Shown here: positions 43,799 to 54,616 of the stretch, one piece after another
Layout: each line of letters begins with the position of its first letter
Numbering within the stretch: position 1 is the stretch's first letter
Assembly (NCBI GenBank): GCA_039000725.1
Contig: JAWBNO010000001.1
Location: forward strand, 397,152-461,151
DNA from: Candidatus Aenigmatarchaeota archaeon
Lineage (GTDB): Archaea > Aenigmatarchaeota > Aenigmatarchaeia > CG10238-14 > SpSt-28
Length of the DNA stretch: 64,000 nucleotides
Reading direction: 5' to 3'
Notes under the pieces: model-generated
The model's database searches: none
What the model was told of the DNA's origin: nothing
The model's input: the letters and a program-made list of their open reading frames with translations, nothing else
Program-made: the position numbers and the translations under genes

Positions 43799-43884
43799 GC
43801 GGGGGTCGCCTAGCCTGGTCAATGGCGCCAGCTTGAGGTGCTGGTGGCTTAGTGCCTTCGTGGGTTCAAATCCCACCCCCCGCA
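43799..43884 (+). tRNA. tRNA-Leu(GAG), long variable arm, CCA not encoded
   Basis: Acceptor GCGGGGG/CCCCCGC; anticodon arm CCAGC-TTGAGGT-GCTGG; variable arm GGC-TTAGT-GCC; GGTTCAAATCC. Confidence 0.95.
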
Positions 43885-44362
43885 CTCATTTTTATGAAGA
43901 GCTATTTAGTTTTAAGGGAATTTTTTGACATAAAGAGCTAGGTTCTTTAAAATAAAAAAAATTTAATAATAAATAAAATTTTTACATAAAAGCTTAAGAA
44001 GAGATTATTTTAAGGTATCGAAATTTATTTGCTATTGGTTTTTGTTATTTGGAGTTTCTTTAACTTTTAATAGATTCACCTATAGATTTTTTATAAATGT
44101 TATATATTCTATTCAAAAAACAGAACAGCGCGCATCAGCTATAATCTTAAATTTTGTAGTAGTACGATTCAGCTACTATTATTTAGAATTTAAGAGGTTG
44201 AAATAGAAAGCTTTAAATTTTTTATTAAGTATAGAAGTAGCCTTTTAAAGGAGTTGAATAGGTATAAATTTAAAATAAGAACCAAAAAATAACTTTATAA
44301 TTTATACTTATAAGACGAGTTTACCATAACTATTTTTAAACCTACTGTCAAAATATAAGTTT

Positions 44363-44728
44363 ATGACCAAGCCAACAGGACCTACAAACCCAAAGTTAAA
44401 AGAATTGATAGGACTTTTAAAAAAGAAATGGTTAGAAACAAAAAAACCTTTATGGAAAGATTTAGCTGAAAGATTAAGCAAACCCACAAGAAAAAGAGCT
44501 GAAGTTAATTTAGGTAAAATAAATAAATACGCTAAGGATGGAGAAATAGTTATAGTTCCTGGAGCTGTTTTAAGTGGGGGTGAATTTGAAAGAAAATTAA
44601 CAATAGCTGCTTGGAGATTTTCTTATAAGGCAAAAGAAAAGGCTGAAAAAGCAGGTAGTAAATGTATGTCCATAGAAGAGCTAATTAAAGTAAATCCTAA
44701 GGGAGCTAAAATTAGGATCATGGTGTAA
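44363..44728 (+). CDS. rpl18e: 50S ribosomal protein eL18
   Basis: TNPKL, RKRAEVNLGKI, VPGAVL and AAWRFS. Confidence 0.95.
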   Translation: MTKPTGPTNPKLKELIGLLKKKWLETKKPLWKDLAERLSKPTRKRAEVNLGKINKYAKDGEIVIVPGAVLSGGEFERKLTIAAWRFSYKAKEKAEKAGSKCMSIEELIKVNPKGAKIRIMV

Positions 44729-44730
44729 AT

Positions 44731-45153
44731 ATGAAAGTTTATGATGCTACTAATCAAATAGCTGGAAGGTTGGCGACAAGAGTAGCTAAAGATATATTAA
44801 ATGGAGAAACGGTGGTTATAGTTAATGCCGAAAAAGCTGTTTTGTCTGGAAAGGAAGAAACAAAATTTAAAGAATATAAGCAAAAAATAGATCGAGGGGA
44901 TGTCAAGAAGGGACCATTTTATCCAAAATATCCAGATGCTATCTTAAGAAGAATAGTTAGAGGAATGATACCTTGGCATAAACCTAAAGGAAGAAAAGCA
45001 TTTAAAAGACTAAAGGTTTATATTGGCGAACCAGAAGAATTTAAAAATAAGGAAAAAATAAGATTAGAGGATGCGGATGTTTCAAAACTTAAGTGCGACT
45101 ATATAACTCTAGAACAATTAAGTTTGATGCTGGGGGCTAAAAAAAGATGGTAA
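44731..45153 (+). CDS. rpl13: 50S ribosomal protein uL13
   Basis: GRLAT, VNAEKAV, GPFYPKYPD and VRGMIP. Confidence 0.96.
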   Translation: MKVYDATNQIAGRLATRVAKDILNGETVVIVNAEKAVLSGKEETKFKEYKQKIDRGDVKKGPFYPKYPDAILRRIVRGMIPWHKPKGRKAFKRLKVYIGEPEEFKNKEKIRLEDADVSKLKCDYITLEQLSLMLGAKKRW

Positions 45154-45572
45154 AAAAAGAAAAAATTGTTTTAGAAGTTGGTAAAAGAAGACTTGCTGTA
45201 GCCAGGGCTTTAGTAAAAGCTGGTACAGGCAAAGTTTTTATTAATTCTAAGCCTCTAGAGTTTTGGGGTACAGACGTTCTTAGAATGTGGATAAGAGAAC
45301 CACTAATTCTTGCCGGTGATTCTATAAAAAATATTGATATAGAAGTAAATGTTAAGGGAGGAGGAATTGTTGGACAAGCTGAAGCTATAAGGCAAGCTAT
45401 AGCTAAAGGGTTAGTTAGCTACCTGAAGGATAAAAAATTGAAAGAAAAATTTATGAAGTACGATAGAAATTTGTTGGTATATGATCCTAGGAGGAACGAG
45501 CCCCATCATTCTAGTGGAAGAGGAGCGAGTAAAAGAGGTTCTAGAAGACATAAGCAACGTTCAAAAAGATAA
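45147..45572 (+). CDS. rps9: 30S ribosomal protein uS9
   Basis: GKRRLAVARA, VKGGGIVGQAEA, YDRNLLVYDPRR and QRSKR. Confidence 0.96.
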   Translation: MVKKEKIVLEVGKRRLAVARALVKAGTGKVFINSKPLEFWGTDVLRMWIREPLILAGDSIKNIDIEVNVKGGGIVGQAEAIRQAIAKGLVSYLKDKKLKEKFMKYDRNLLVYDPRRNEPHHSSGRGASKRGSRRHKQRSKR

Positions 45573-45587
45573 GTTTCTATTTAAAGT

Positions 45588-46451
45588 ATGAGAAAGACAG
45601 AGAGAAAACTTTTTGGAATAGATTTATTTGATGAAAAAGAAGCTGAGTTTTTTGTTATTGGTCTAAAATACACTAAATATTCTGAAAAAATATTAAATGA
45701 ATTCAGAAAATGGAGTGAATATGTTGAACCATTTGATATAATTAAAGAAAAAAATCTCTCTGAAAATTTAAAAATTTTTGATTTAGGTAATTTTGATTGG
45801 TATGGAGCAAAAAACACAGTAAGAAGATTAATAAATGAAGGAAAAATTCCAATAATATTATCTCGTGGTCATTTTCCAACTTTTTTAATTTTAAGTAATC
45901 TTAAAAACTTTAAGCTAATTGTTTTTGATGCACATGCTGACTGTAAGGAAAGATATATTGATGAGATTATAGAATTCGATACAATTTATGAAGAAGAAAA
46001 TAAAATTAAATTCAACGGAGCAACTTGGCTTAGAAGGTTTTTAGAAAAAAATAGGGTTGATGTTTTATTAATAGGTGTAAGAAGTTTAGATGAAGATGAA
46101 TTTAATTTTTTAAAAAGAAGTAATGTATTATATTTTTCTCCCGCTGATTTAGAAAAGGAAGAAACTTTTGAAATTATAAGGAAATTCACCAAAGACAATA
46201 ATTTGTATTTAAGTATTGATGGGGATGTTTTTGATCCAAGTCTTTTTTCTTCAACTGATTATCCAGAGCCAGAAGGAATAAATTTAACTCATTTTAGAAA
46301 GATTTTAGATTCCATAGAAGGAAAAGTCATAGGAGTAGATTTTTGTTGCTTTAATTTAGATGGTCTAGTAAAACAATCATATATCTTTGCTTCTAAGTGT
46401 TTGTATTTGGTTTTGTATCAAATTTTAAAAAACAAAATATCATTGAGGTAA
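45588..46451 (+). CDS. Ureohydrolase (agmatinase/arginase) family protein, divergent
   Basis: FDAHAD, IGVRS, YLSIDGDVFDPS and PEPEG. Confidence 0.82.
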   Translation: MRKTERKLFGIDLFDEKEAEFFVIGLKYTKYSEKILNEFRKWSEYVEPFDIIKEKNLSENLKIFDLGNFDWYGAKNTVRRLINEGKIPIILSRGHFPTFLILSNLKNFKLIVFDAHADCKERYIDEIIEFDTIYEEENKIKFNGATWLRRFLEKNRVDVLLIGVRSLDEDEFNFLKRSNVLYFSPADLEKEETFEIIRKFTKDNNLYLSIDGDVFDPSLFSSTDYPEPEGINLTHFRKILDSIEGKVIGVDFCCFNLDGLVKQSYIFASKCLYLVLYQILKNKISLR

Positions 46452-48935
46452 CTCTATAGCTAAAACTTTTGTCTCCCCTTCTTCTAAAGTACAGCCATAA
46501 AGCTTATCTGCATGTTTTAACGTTATATCATTATGAGAAATTACTATAAATTGAGTATTTTTAGATTCTTTTTTTAACCATTCTGCAACTTTTAAAGTAT
46601 TTTCTTTGTCTAGCGCGGCATCAATTTCATCTAATAAATAAAACTCAGATGGAGAAAATCTTTGTAATGCAAAAAGAAAAGCTATTGCCGTTAAAGTTTT
46701 TTCACCACCAGAAAGGGCATCAATATTTATTGGTCTTTTTTGAGGAAATGTTGCTTCTATTATAAGTCCAGAATCAAGATTATTTTCATCTTCTAATCTT
46801 AAAGAACCCTCTCCATTACACATTTCTTTAAATATTTTACTAAACTCCTCACTAACTTTATTTAAAGTCGAAAAAAACACTTCTCTTTTTTTACTTTCAA
46901 TTTCTTCAATCATCTTTAATACAGATTTCTTCTCATCAAGTATCTTATCATATTTGATTTTTAGATCTTCAAATTCTTTTTTAAACTGTTCATATTCTTC
47001 TAAAGCCTTAAAATTGACATTTCCTATTTTATTCAATTCTTCTTCAACTTCTTTTATCCTTTTTTCTAACTGTTTTATGTCAAGATCAATTATTTCTCCA
47101 CCAACATATTTTTCAACTTCTTTTTTAACATTTTCTAATTCTGTTTCTAATTTAGCTTTTTCAATGGCATACTTATTTTGTTCCATTTCTAGATTAATTC
47201 TCCTATCTTGCAATTTTCTTCTTAGTTCTCTCAATCTCTCAATTTCTCTTTCAGAAGATATTCTTACTTTTTCTAAATCAATTATCTTTTTACTTTCTTC
47301 AGAAACTTTAAGTTCTTTTAATCTTTTTTCAATCTCTTCTTCTTCTTTTTTCAAATTTTCTAATTCGGACAAATAATTTATTTTTGCTTGTCTGTATTTC
47401 TCTATTTCTTCCTTATCTAATCTTAATGATGAACTCTCTTTAACTAAATATCCTCCAGTCATTGCTCCACTTCTTTCTATTAAATCACCATCCAAAGTAA
47501 CCATCCTAACTCTTCCTATACCTATATTTTTTGCTACATCTAAGTTTTCTATAATTAGAGTATTTCCAAAAACAAAATCTATTGCTGGTTGAAACTTTCT
47601 ATCATAAGAAATCAACTTGCTAGCTAAACCTATTACTCCTTCCTTATCTAATAATTCTTTTTCTTTAAATTCTTGAGGTTTTATTTTGTTGAGTGGAATA
47701 AATGTCGCTCTTCCAATTTTCTCTCTTTTTAAAAAATCTATACAAGTTATAGCAACATCTTCATTTTCTACAACTATATCATACAAATGTTGAGCTGCTG
47801 CAACTTCTATTGCGACTTTGTATGTATCTTCAACTTTAATTAAGTCTGCTATAGTACCATAAACTCCTCTAATTTTTAAATTTAAAATTTCCTTAACAGG
47901 TCTACTCATTTCTCTAGTAAATTCTTGTCTTTTTGCTTCAAGCATTTCAAGCTTAGCAATTAAATTTTCCAGTCGCTCAATTTCTTTTTTAGTTACGTCG
48001 ATTCTTTCTCTTATCAATATCAATCGTGTTCTTAATTTACTTGCTTCATCTTCAATAGCAGCTCTTTTAGAAAATTCTATTATATTTTTAACAATTTCTT
48101 TCAACGAATTTTCATATTCGAAAAGTTTTTGCTCCTTTTCTTTTATTTCATTTTCACATTCTTCTATCTTTTTCTTAATTTCTTCTATCTTTTTCTCTAT
48201 TTCTTTCAATTTTTCTGTAATTATTTCTTCTTTTTTCTTCCAGTAAGAGGCTTTAAGATTTAGCAATTCTTTTTGTAAATTCTGATACTTTAAAACCAAG
48301 TTTTTTTCCTCTTCCAATTTTTTAAATATTTCATATTTTTGTGTAACAATTATTTCAACTTCTCTCAATTTTTTGTCAACCTCTTCTAAATCTCTTAAGG
48401 CCTTTTCTTTTTTATCATTATACTCTGCAATACCAGCAATTTCATCTATAATTTCTCTTCTTTCTAGGGGTGACATTTCAATTACTCTTGTTACATCTCC
48501 CTGTTGAATTATATTATAACCATCTGGCCTTACTTTAATTAGGGAGAGCAATTCCAAAACCTTTTCTCTAGTTGTATTTTTCCCGTTTATTTTATAGACC
48601 GTATACCCGTTTCTATTAACTTTTCTCGTTATTGATATTTCACTATCTTCAAAAGGGAAAATTTTTTTTGAGTTATCTAGATATAGTGTAACACTTGCAT
48701 ACTCAGCTGGTTTTTTTGTTTCAGTACCCCTAAATATTAATTCTGTCAATCTATCAGCCCTCAAACTCTTAGCTGATATTCTACCCAAAACAAAAGAAAC
48801 AGCATCAATTATGTTAGATTTTCCACTCCCATTCGGGCCAGTAATTATATTTAAGTTTGGAGAAAATGGTATTGAAATTTTTCTGTTAAAGCTTTTAAAA
48901 CCTTGCAATGTAATTCTTGTTATATACGTTCTCAT
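46440..48935 (-). CDS. smc: Chromosome segregation protein SMC, short-armed (831 aa)
   Basis: GFKSF, GPNGSGKSN, QG Q-loop, hinge GRATFIPL/VTLDGD/GAMTGG, LSGGEK, LDEIDAALD and VISH. Confidence 0.95.
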   Translation of the reverse strand: MRTYITRITLQGFKSFNRKISIPFSPNLNIITGPNGSGKSNIIDAVSFVLGRISAKSLRADRLTELIFRGTETKKPAEYASVTLYLDNSKKIFPFEDSEISITRKVNRNGYTVYKINGKNTTREKVLELLSLIKVRPDGYNIIQQGDVTRVIEMSPLERREIIDEIAGIAEYNDKKEKALRDLEEVDKKLREVEIIVTQKYEIFKKLEEEKNLVLKYQNLQKELLNLKASYWKKKEEIITEKLKEIEKKIEEIKKKIEECENEIKEKEQKLFEYENSLKEIVKNIIEFSKRAAIEDEASKLRTRLILIRERIDVTKKEIERLENLIAKLEMLEAKRQEFTREMSRPVKEILNLKIRGVYGTIADLIKVEDTYKVAIEVAAAQHLYDIVVENEDVAITCIDFLKREKIGRATFIPLNKIKPQEFKEKELLDKEGVIGLASKLISYDRKFQPAIDFVFGNTLIIENLDVAKNIGIGRVRMVTLDGDLIERSGAMTGGYLVKESSSLRLDKEEIEKYRQAKINYLSELENLKKEEEEIEKRLKELKVSEESKKIIDLEKVRISSEREIERLRELRRKLQDRRINLEMEQNKYAIEKAKLETELENVKKEVEKYVGGEIIDLDIKQLEKRIKEVEEELNKIGNVNFKALEEYEQFKKEFEDLKIKYDKILDEKKSVLKMIEEIESKKREVFFSTLNKVSEEFSKIFKEMCNGEGSLRLEDENNLDSGLIIEATFPQKRPINIDALSGGEKTLTAIAFLFALQRFSPSEFYLLDEIDAALDKENTLKVAEWLKKESKNTQFIVISHNDITLKHADKLYGCTLEEGETKVLAIELPQ

Positions 48936-48998
48936 ATTATTTTCACTTTTTGTAAAATTTAACTATAAACAATTTATAATAATAAAAAAATATAGATT

Positions 48999-51900
48999 AT
49001 GTCTAATGGAGAAGTGAAGCTAAAAGTTGGGGAACTTACTTCAAAAGAAGAAGCAGGTAGAGGTATTGCTAGAATAGATAGTGAAATTATGAAAAAAATA
49101 GGAGTTAGAGAAGGAGATATTATCGAATTAGAAGGAACTAAAAAAACTGGTGCTATAGCGAGAAGGGCTTATCCTGCTGATATAGGATTAAATATTATTA
49201 GAATAGATGGAATAACAAGAAGAAATGCTGGTGTTGGTGTTGGTGAAAGTGTTATTGTAAGAAAGGCAAATGCAGTTGAAGCAAAAAAAGTTGTTTTAGC
49301 ACCGGCAGATCCCGGAATAGTTTTAAATTTTAGTCCTCATATGATTAAAGAAAACCTATTTGGTAGACCAGTAAACAAAGGGGATATAGTTGTACCTTCC
49401 CCAGCTTATAGAAGAAGAGCAAACACTTTTTTTGAAGAATTTTTTGGAGCAGATTTTGAAGAATTATTTTTCAATCCTTTTCCTTCAGAAGTAAGATTGA
49501 TAGTTGTAAATACAGACCCAACAAATAAGATTGTTTATATCGGGGAAGCTACAGAAATTGAAGTTTTGAGAAAAATGCCAGAATCTTTGAAAATGGAAGC
49601 TAAGGTACCAGTTGTAACTTATGAAGATATAGGTGGTATGAAGCCTGTTGTAGAGAAAGTTAGAGAAATGATTGAATTGCCATTAAGATATCCAGAAATA
49701 TTTGAAAGACTTGGAATTGAGCCACCAAAGGGAGTTCTTTTATATGGACCCCCAGGAACAGGAAAAACATTACTAGCTAGAGCAGTAGCTAATGAGAGTG
49801 GTGCATACTTTATTTCTGTCAATGGACCAGAGTTTTTATCTAAATTTTATGGTGAGTCGGAAAGCAATTTAAGAAAGATTTTTGAAGAGGCAGAAAAAAA
49901 CGCACCAGCAATTATATTTTTTGATGAGATAGATGCTATAGCACCAAAAAGAGAAGAGGTTACAGGGGAAGTAGAAAGAAGAATAGTTTCTACTTTACTA
50001 ACTTTGATGGATGGATTAAAAAGCAGAGGAAAAGTAATTGTTATTGCAGCAACTAATAGACCAGATGATATAGATCCTGCTTTAAGAAGACCTGGTAGAT
50101 TTGATAGAGAAATAGAAGTTCCTGTTCCAGATAGGGATGGTAGATTAGAGATTCTTAAAATTCATACAAGAAATATGCCATTAGCTAAGGATGTTAATTT
50201 AGATGAAATAGCAGACAAAACACATGGATATGTTGGTGCAGATTTAATGGCTTTATGTAAGGAGGCAGCGATGAGTGCTTTAAGAAGAGTTTTGCCAGAA
50301 ATTAGAGAAAAATTGAAAGAAGGACAAGAATTATCTAAGGATATTTTAGAAAAACTAGTAGTAACAAAACAAGATTTTGAAAATGCTTTAAGAGTTGTTG
50401 AGCCTTCTGCAATGAGAGAAGTTTTGGTAGAGGTACCAAAAGTCAAATGGGAAGATATAGGAGATTTGGATGAAGCTAAAAGAATTTTAAAAGAAATGGT
50501 TGAATGGCCCTTGAAGTATAGAGATGCTTTTGAAAGAATGGGTATAGAGCCACCAAGAGGAATATTGTTGTATGGTCCTCCAGGAACTGGAAAAACGCTT
50601 CTTGCAAAAGCGGTAGCTAATGAGAGTGGTGCTAATTTTATAGCTGTAAAGGGACCAGAATTACTAAGCAAATGGTTTGGTGAAAGTTTACCTTATAATG
50701 AAGATGTACTAATAATAGAAAATGGGATTCCTAAATTTGAAAAAATTTATAAAATTGTTGAAAATGGAAATGGAAGAAATATAATTGCCCCAACTATTAC
50801 TGATAATTTAAACGCAAAAAATTCTAAAGTAATTGGTTTCTTTAAACATCCTGCACCTCCTTATCTTTATAAAATTAAAACAGAGACTGGAAGAGAAGTT
50901 ATGGTAACCAAAGATCATAGCTTATTTATAAAATGGAATGGAGGTTTAAAGGAAGTAAAAGCTGAGTTTTTGATACCTGGAGAAAGCAGGATAGCTATAC
51001 CTCGCAGGCTTATTGCGCCGGAATCAATTAGTTCAATTAACATATTGGATTTCCTTAGAAAAAACGATTATAATCTTTATATAAGAAACCATGCTTATTA
51101 TACGAATAAAGCAGTAAAAAAAATTGGAAAAAAGAAAGCTTCAAAAATCCTAGGAATAGAGGAAAAGAACTTGTATTATTATTTAAGGGGTGGTGCCCTT
51201 AAAGTATCTAAATTCCTTAAACTTATGGAAGCATCAAATATTAGTTTCAATCCAAAAAAACTCAGGATTAGTTCATATTTCTCTTCAAATCAAATACCAG
51301 CGCTATTTGAGTTTTCAGAAGATTTTTGTACATTTCTAGGATTATGGATTGCTGAAGGAGCGTTTTTAGGAAAAACAAGCTTAAGATTAAGTATTTCAAA
51401 AAAAGAAACCAAAATCAAAAAATTAATCCAAAAGTTGTTTGGTCATGTAACAGTTTGTAATAAAGGAAATGGAACTGATATTATTATAGGTTCAAAAGTG
51501 TTGAGAATTTTCTTAGAAAAGATTTTAGGATTGAAAAGTGGTGCAAAAAACAAGAGAGTACCTCCAATTGTTTTTGGATTATCTCTTAGGAATATTGCTG
51601 CTTTCTTAAGAGGTTATTTTAGTGGAGATGGATATGTTGGAAAAAGAACAATTGAAGTTTCAACAATAAGTAAAAAACTTGCAAATGATATATTAACATT
51701 ACTTTTATATTTTGGAATTGTAGCAAGATGTTATAGAAAAAAGGAATGGAATGGAACATTAAGTTATAGAATTTGTATAACTTGGAACAAATTCATGGAA
51801 ACATTTGTTGAAAAAATTGGATTTATTGACAATGAAAAAAATTATAAAATAAGAAATTACCTAAAAAGTATTCATATTAAAAGAAAAAAACTAAGCCCAG

Positions 51901-52631
51901 AAAGATTTATTGAAAAAGATATTTATTGGGATCTTGTAGTTGAAAAAAAGAAAGTCCCGTATAACTTTCCATATGTATATGATATTGGAATAAATCCAAC
52001 AGAAAGATTTATTGCTGGCTTTGGTTGTGTTTTAGTTCATAACTCAGAAAAAAGAATTAGAGAATTGTTTAGAAGAGCTAAACAGGTTGCACCATGTATA
52101 ATATTTTTTGATGAGATAGATGCCTTAGCTCCAAGAAGGGGTATAGGTATGCATGAAGCCACAGAAAGAATAGTATCTCAGCTGTTAACTGAAATATCTG
52201 GAATAGAAGATATAAAGAACATAGTAATTATTGCTGCAACAAACAGGCCAGACTTGGTAGATCCGGCTCTATTAAGACCTGGAAGAATTGAAAAGTTGGT
52301 TTATATACCACCTCCAGATGAAAAAGGAAGATTGGAAATATTTAAAATTCATACAAAAAAGATGCCTTTGGCTAAAGATGTTAATTTAGAAGAATTGGCA
52401 AAAAGAACTGAGGGCTATTCCGGAGCAGATATAGAGGCGCTATGTAGAGAGGCAGCATTAAACGCCTTAAGAGAAGATATAAACTCAAAAGAAGTTAAGC
52501 TAAAACACTTCGAAGAAGCAATGAAAAAAGTAACACCAAGCATTACTAAGGAGATGGTTGAATACTACAAAAGATTTGAGGAAAGAAAGAAAGAAATGAA
52601 GGAAGAATCTCAACAAATATATATTGGTTAA
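48999..52631 (+). CDS. cdc48: CDC48/VCP family AAA+ ATPase with intein in D2
   Basis: N-domain, two [15 protein letters not shown] modules and C-terminal YIG (HbYX-like). Confidence 0.96.
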   Translation: MSNGEVKLKVGELTSKEEAGRGIARIDSEIMKKIGVREGDIIELEGTKKTGAIARRAYPADIGLNIIRIDGITRRNAGVGVGESVIVRKANAVEAKKVVLAPADPGIVLNFSPHMIKENLFGRPVNKGDIVVPSPAYRRRANTFFEEFFGADFEELFFNPFPSEVRLIVVNTDPTNKIVYIGEATEIEVLRKMPESLKMEAKVPVVTYEDIGGMKPVVEKVREMIELPLRYPEIFERLGIEPPKGVLLYGPPGTGKTLLARAVANESGAYFISVNGPEFLSKFYGESESNLRKIFEEAEKNAPAIIFFDEIDAIAPKREEVTGEVERRIVSTLLTLMDGLKSRGKVIVIAATNRPDDIDPALRRPGRFDREIEVPVPDRDGRLEILKIHTRNMPLAKDVNLDEIADKTHGYVGADLMALCKEAAMSALRRVLPEIREKLKEGQELSKDILEKLVVTKQDFENALRVVEPSAMREVLVEVPKVKWEDIGDLDEAKRILKEMVEWPLKYRDAFERMGIEPPRGILLYGPPGTGKTLLAKAVANESGANFIAVKGPELLSKWFGESLPYNEDVLIIENGIPKFEKIYKIVENGNGRNIIAPTITDNLNAKNSKVIGFFKHPAPPYLYKIKTETGREVMVTKDHSLFIKWNGGLKEVKAEFLIPGESRIAIPRRLIAPESISSINILDFLRKNDYNLYIRNHAYYTNKAVKKIGKKKASKILGIEEKNLYYYLRGGALKVSKFLKLMEASNISFNPKKLRISSYFSSNQIPALFEFSEDFCTFLGLWIAEGAFLGKTSLRLSISKKETKIKKLIQKLFGHVTVCNKGNGTDIIIGSKVLRIFLEKILGLKSGAKNKRVPPIVFGLSLRNIAAFLRGYFSGDGYVGKRTIEVSTISKKLANDILTLLLYFGIVARCYRKKEWNGTLSYRICITWNKFMETFVEKIGFIDNEKNYKIRNYLKSIHIKRKKLSPERFIEKDIYWDLVVEKKKVPYNFPYVYDIGINPTERFIAGFGCVLVHNSEKRIRELFRRAKQVAPCIIFFDEIDALAPRRGIGMHEATERIVSQLLTEISGIEDIKNIVIIAATNRPDLVDPALLRPGRIEKLVYIPPPDEKGRLEIFKIHTKKMPLAKDVNLEELAKRTEGYSGADIEALCREAALNALREDINSKEVKLKHFEEAMKKVTPSITKEMVEYYKRFEERKKEMKEESQQIYIG
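50685..52043 (+). mobile_element. Intein (453 aa) with LAGLIDADG homing endonuclease in CDC48
   Basis: KWFGE|SLPYNE...VTKDHSL...LGLWIAEG...[10 protein letters not shown]...VYDIG...LVHN|SEKRIR. Confidence 0.93.
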
Positions 52632-52665
52632 TCTTTTATATTGTAAAAAGTTTTAAGATATATAA

Positions 52666-53442
52666 ATGACTAAAGTTGTATCTATACTTTCTGGTAAAGG
52701 AGGCACAGGCAAAACTACAGTATCAATTAATCTTTCCTTGGCTCTTAAAAAACTTGGCTATAAAGTAATATTATTAGATGGAAATGTAAGCATGCCACAT
52801 TTATCGACATATCTGGGAATTAATAGCTATAAGTATAGTTTAAATGATTTTTTATCTGGAAAAGATTTTGATAGAGAAGCTTTTGTGAATTACAACGGTA
52901 TTAAAGTTCTTATTTCTAGCCCAAATTTAGAGGATCTTTCTGGAATAGATTTAAAAAGAATGAAAAAAATTGTTGATAATATAAAGAACTTGGAAAAACC
53001 AGACTTTATAATAATAGATGGTCCGCCTGGATTAGGTAGAGAAGTTATAAGTGTAATAGAAGTTTCTGATGAAATCATAATAGTTGTTCAACCATTTGAA
53101 CAACATTATATAGATGCCATCAAAATTAAAGAACTGGCTAGCTCATTGGGAAAGAAAAATTTAAAGGTAATATTAAATAACGGTTTTTGGGTATCAGAGA
53201 AAAAAATTGAAGAAGTGGAGAAAATTATTAACTTAGAAGTTTTGGGATTCATACCGCATAACAAATCTTTAATGTATTCACTATTAAGCAGGATTCCAAT
53301 ATTTGAAAATAATCCAAATAGTATAGTTTCTGAAATTTTTACTGAAATAGCATGTAAAATAAGTAAAGAAGATTATAAGGAAAGTTTGAAATTAAAATTC
53401 TATAAGAAAATGAAAGACCTATTTTCTATGGTATTTATTTAG
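52666..53442 (+). CDS. minD: MinD/ParA family ATPase
   Basis: SGKGGTGKTT deviant Walker A, IIDGPPG and a C-terminal amphipathic segment. Confidence 0.85.
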   Translation: MTKVVSILSGKGGTGKTTVSINLSLALKKLGYKVILLDGNVSMPHLSTYLGINSYKYSLNDFLSGKDFDREAFVNYNGIKVLISSPNLEDLSGIDLKRMKKIVDNIKNLEKPDFIIIDGPPGLGREVISVIEVSDEIIIVVQPFEQHYIDAIKIKELASSLGKKNLKVILNNGFWVSEKKIEEVEKIINLEVLGFIPHNKSLMYSLLSRIPIFENNPNSIVSEIFTEIACKISKEDYKESLKLKFYKKMKDLFSMVFI

Positions 53443-53459
53443 AAAATTAAAGTGTATTT

Positions 53460-54185
53460 ATGAAAGTAGTTAGAAATATAGGAAAAATCCTTTTAGCAAT
53501 ATTGTTTTCTATATTTTTTACATTTACTATAGTTTTGTATATCTTTTTAGATTTGACTTCATATCAAAATTTAAAAAATTTGGCTATTGAAATTTTTTCT
53601 AAACAAAAAATGCTTAACTTGACTGAAAATGAAAAAATTGTAGCAATTGAAAATTTGAAAATTTTGTGTGAAAATAAAAGCTTTATTCAAATCAATATGG
53701 GAGAAAATATAAAAATAGATTGTAGTAGAGTTAAAACTTTGAATGTAGAAAATTTTGATAGTCAACTTGTGGATATTTATCTAGAAAACTTGTATTATAA
53801 AACATATAACTGTACAATTTTAGATTGTTTTCAAAACAAACAGTTAACTTATTTCTTAAGTTTTCAATTTAGATTGGAAATAGAAAAGTATTTTAAGTAT
53901 TTAATTATAATTACAATAGTTATCGCATCTTTTTATCTTTTTGTACTAGAAAGTTGGAAAGAAAGAGCACTTCATTTTACTTCAATATTTATAGTTTTTG
54001 GATTAACGCCTCTAATTTTAGACATATCTTCTTATTATGTTAAGGACGAGATGGCTGCTAATATATTAAACTTATTGAAAGATAGAGTTTATTTCCTTTT
54101 TTACTTTTTATACATAGGAATATTTTTGTTAATAATTGTTCTATTATTCGAGTTTAAAAAGCTCTTATATTCAAAGAAGAAATAA
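53460..54185 (+). CDS. Hypothetical membrane protein
   Basis: One N-terminal and three C-terminal hydrophobic segments flanking a Cys-containing loop. Confidence 0.75.
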   Translation: MKVVRNIGKILLAILFSIFFTFTIVLYIFLDLTSYQNLKNLAIEIFSKQKMLNLTENEKIVAIENLKILCENKSFIQINMGENIKIDCSRVKTLNVENFDSQLVDIYLENLYYKTYNCTILDCFQNKQLTYFLSFQFRLEIEKYFKYLIIITIVIASFYLFVLESWKERALHFTSIFIVFGLTPLILDISSYYVKDEMAANILNLLKDRVYFLFYFLYIGIFLLIIVLLFEFKKLLYSKKK

Positions 54186-54190
54186 TTATT

Positions 54191-54616
54191 ATGTTAGTCA
54201 AGGATGTAATGAACAAAAATGTAGTAGTAGCAAAACCTATAGTGACTCTAAGGGAAGCATCAAAAGTTATGGGAGAAATGAATATGGGTAGCCTAGTGGT
54301 AATGGAAGATGATAAGATTGTTGGAATTATAACTAGTACAGACATATTAAAGGCTATTGGTGATGGAAAAGATCCAGATAAGACCTTAGTTAAAGATGTA
54401 ATGAGTAAGGATGTAATAACAATTCAGGCTGATGAAGATGTTAGTAAAGCTGTGGAGATTATGGTTCAGCATAAAATTAAAAGATTACCAGTTATGATGA
54501 ATGATAAGTTAGTTGGAATAATTACAGTAAGCGACATAGCAATAATAGAACCTAAAATAATTTCTAAGTTCGCTTCTTTAATATCTTTAAACGCTTTTAA
54601 GTTTAGTGGAGCTTAG
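54191..54616 (+). CDS. CBS domain pair protein
   Basis: VKDVM x2, IVGIITSTD, IKRLPV and LVGIITVSD. Confidence 0.92.
   Translation: MLVKDVMNKNVVVAKPIVTLREASKVMGEMNMGSLVVMEDDKIVGIITSTDILKAIGDGKDPDKTLVKDVMSKDVITIQADEDVSKAVEIMVQHKIKRLPVMMNDKLVGIITVSDIAIIEPKIISKFASLISLNAFKFSGA

Noticed and set aside
49730-50640. Short DNA similarity between the two halves of cdc48
   Set aside because: Ordinary D1/D2 AAA-module paralogy
50162-50671. Long antisense ORFs opposite cdc48, smc, rpl5, nrdJ, lhr and others in the ORF track
   Set aside because: S/F/L/I-rich shadows of K/E-rich sense genes with no motifs
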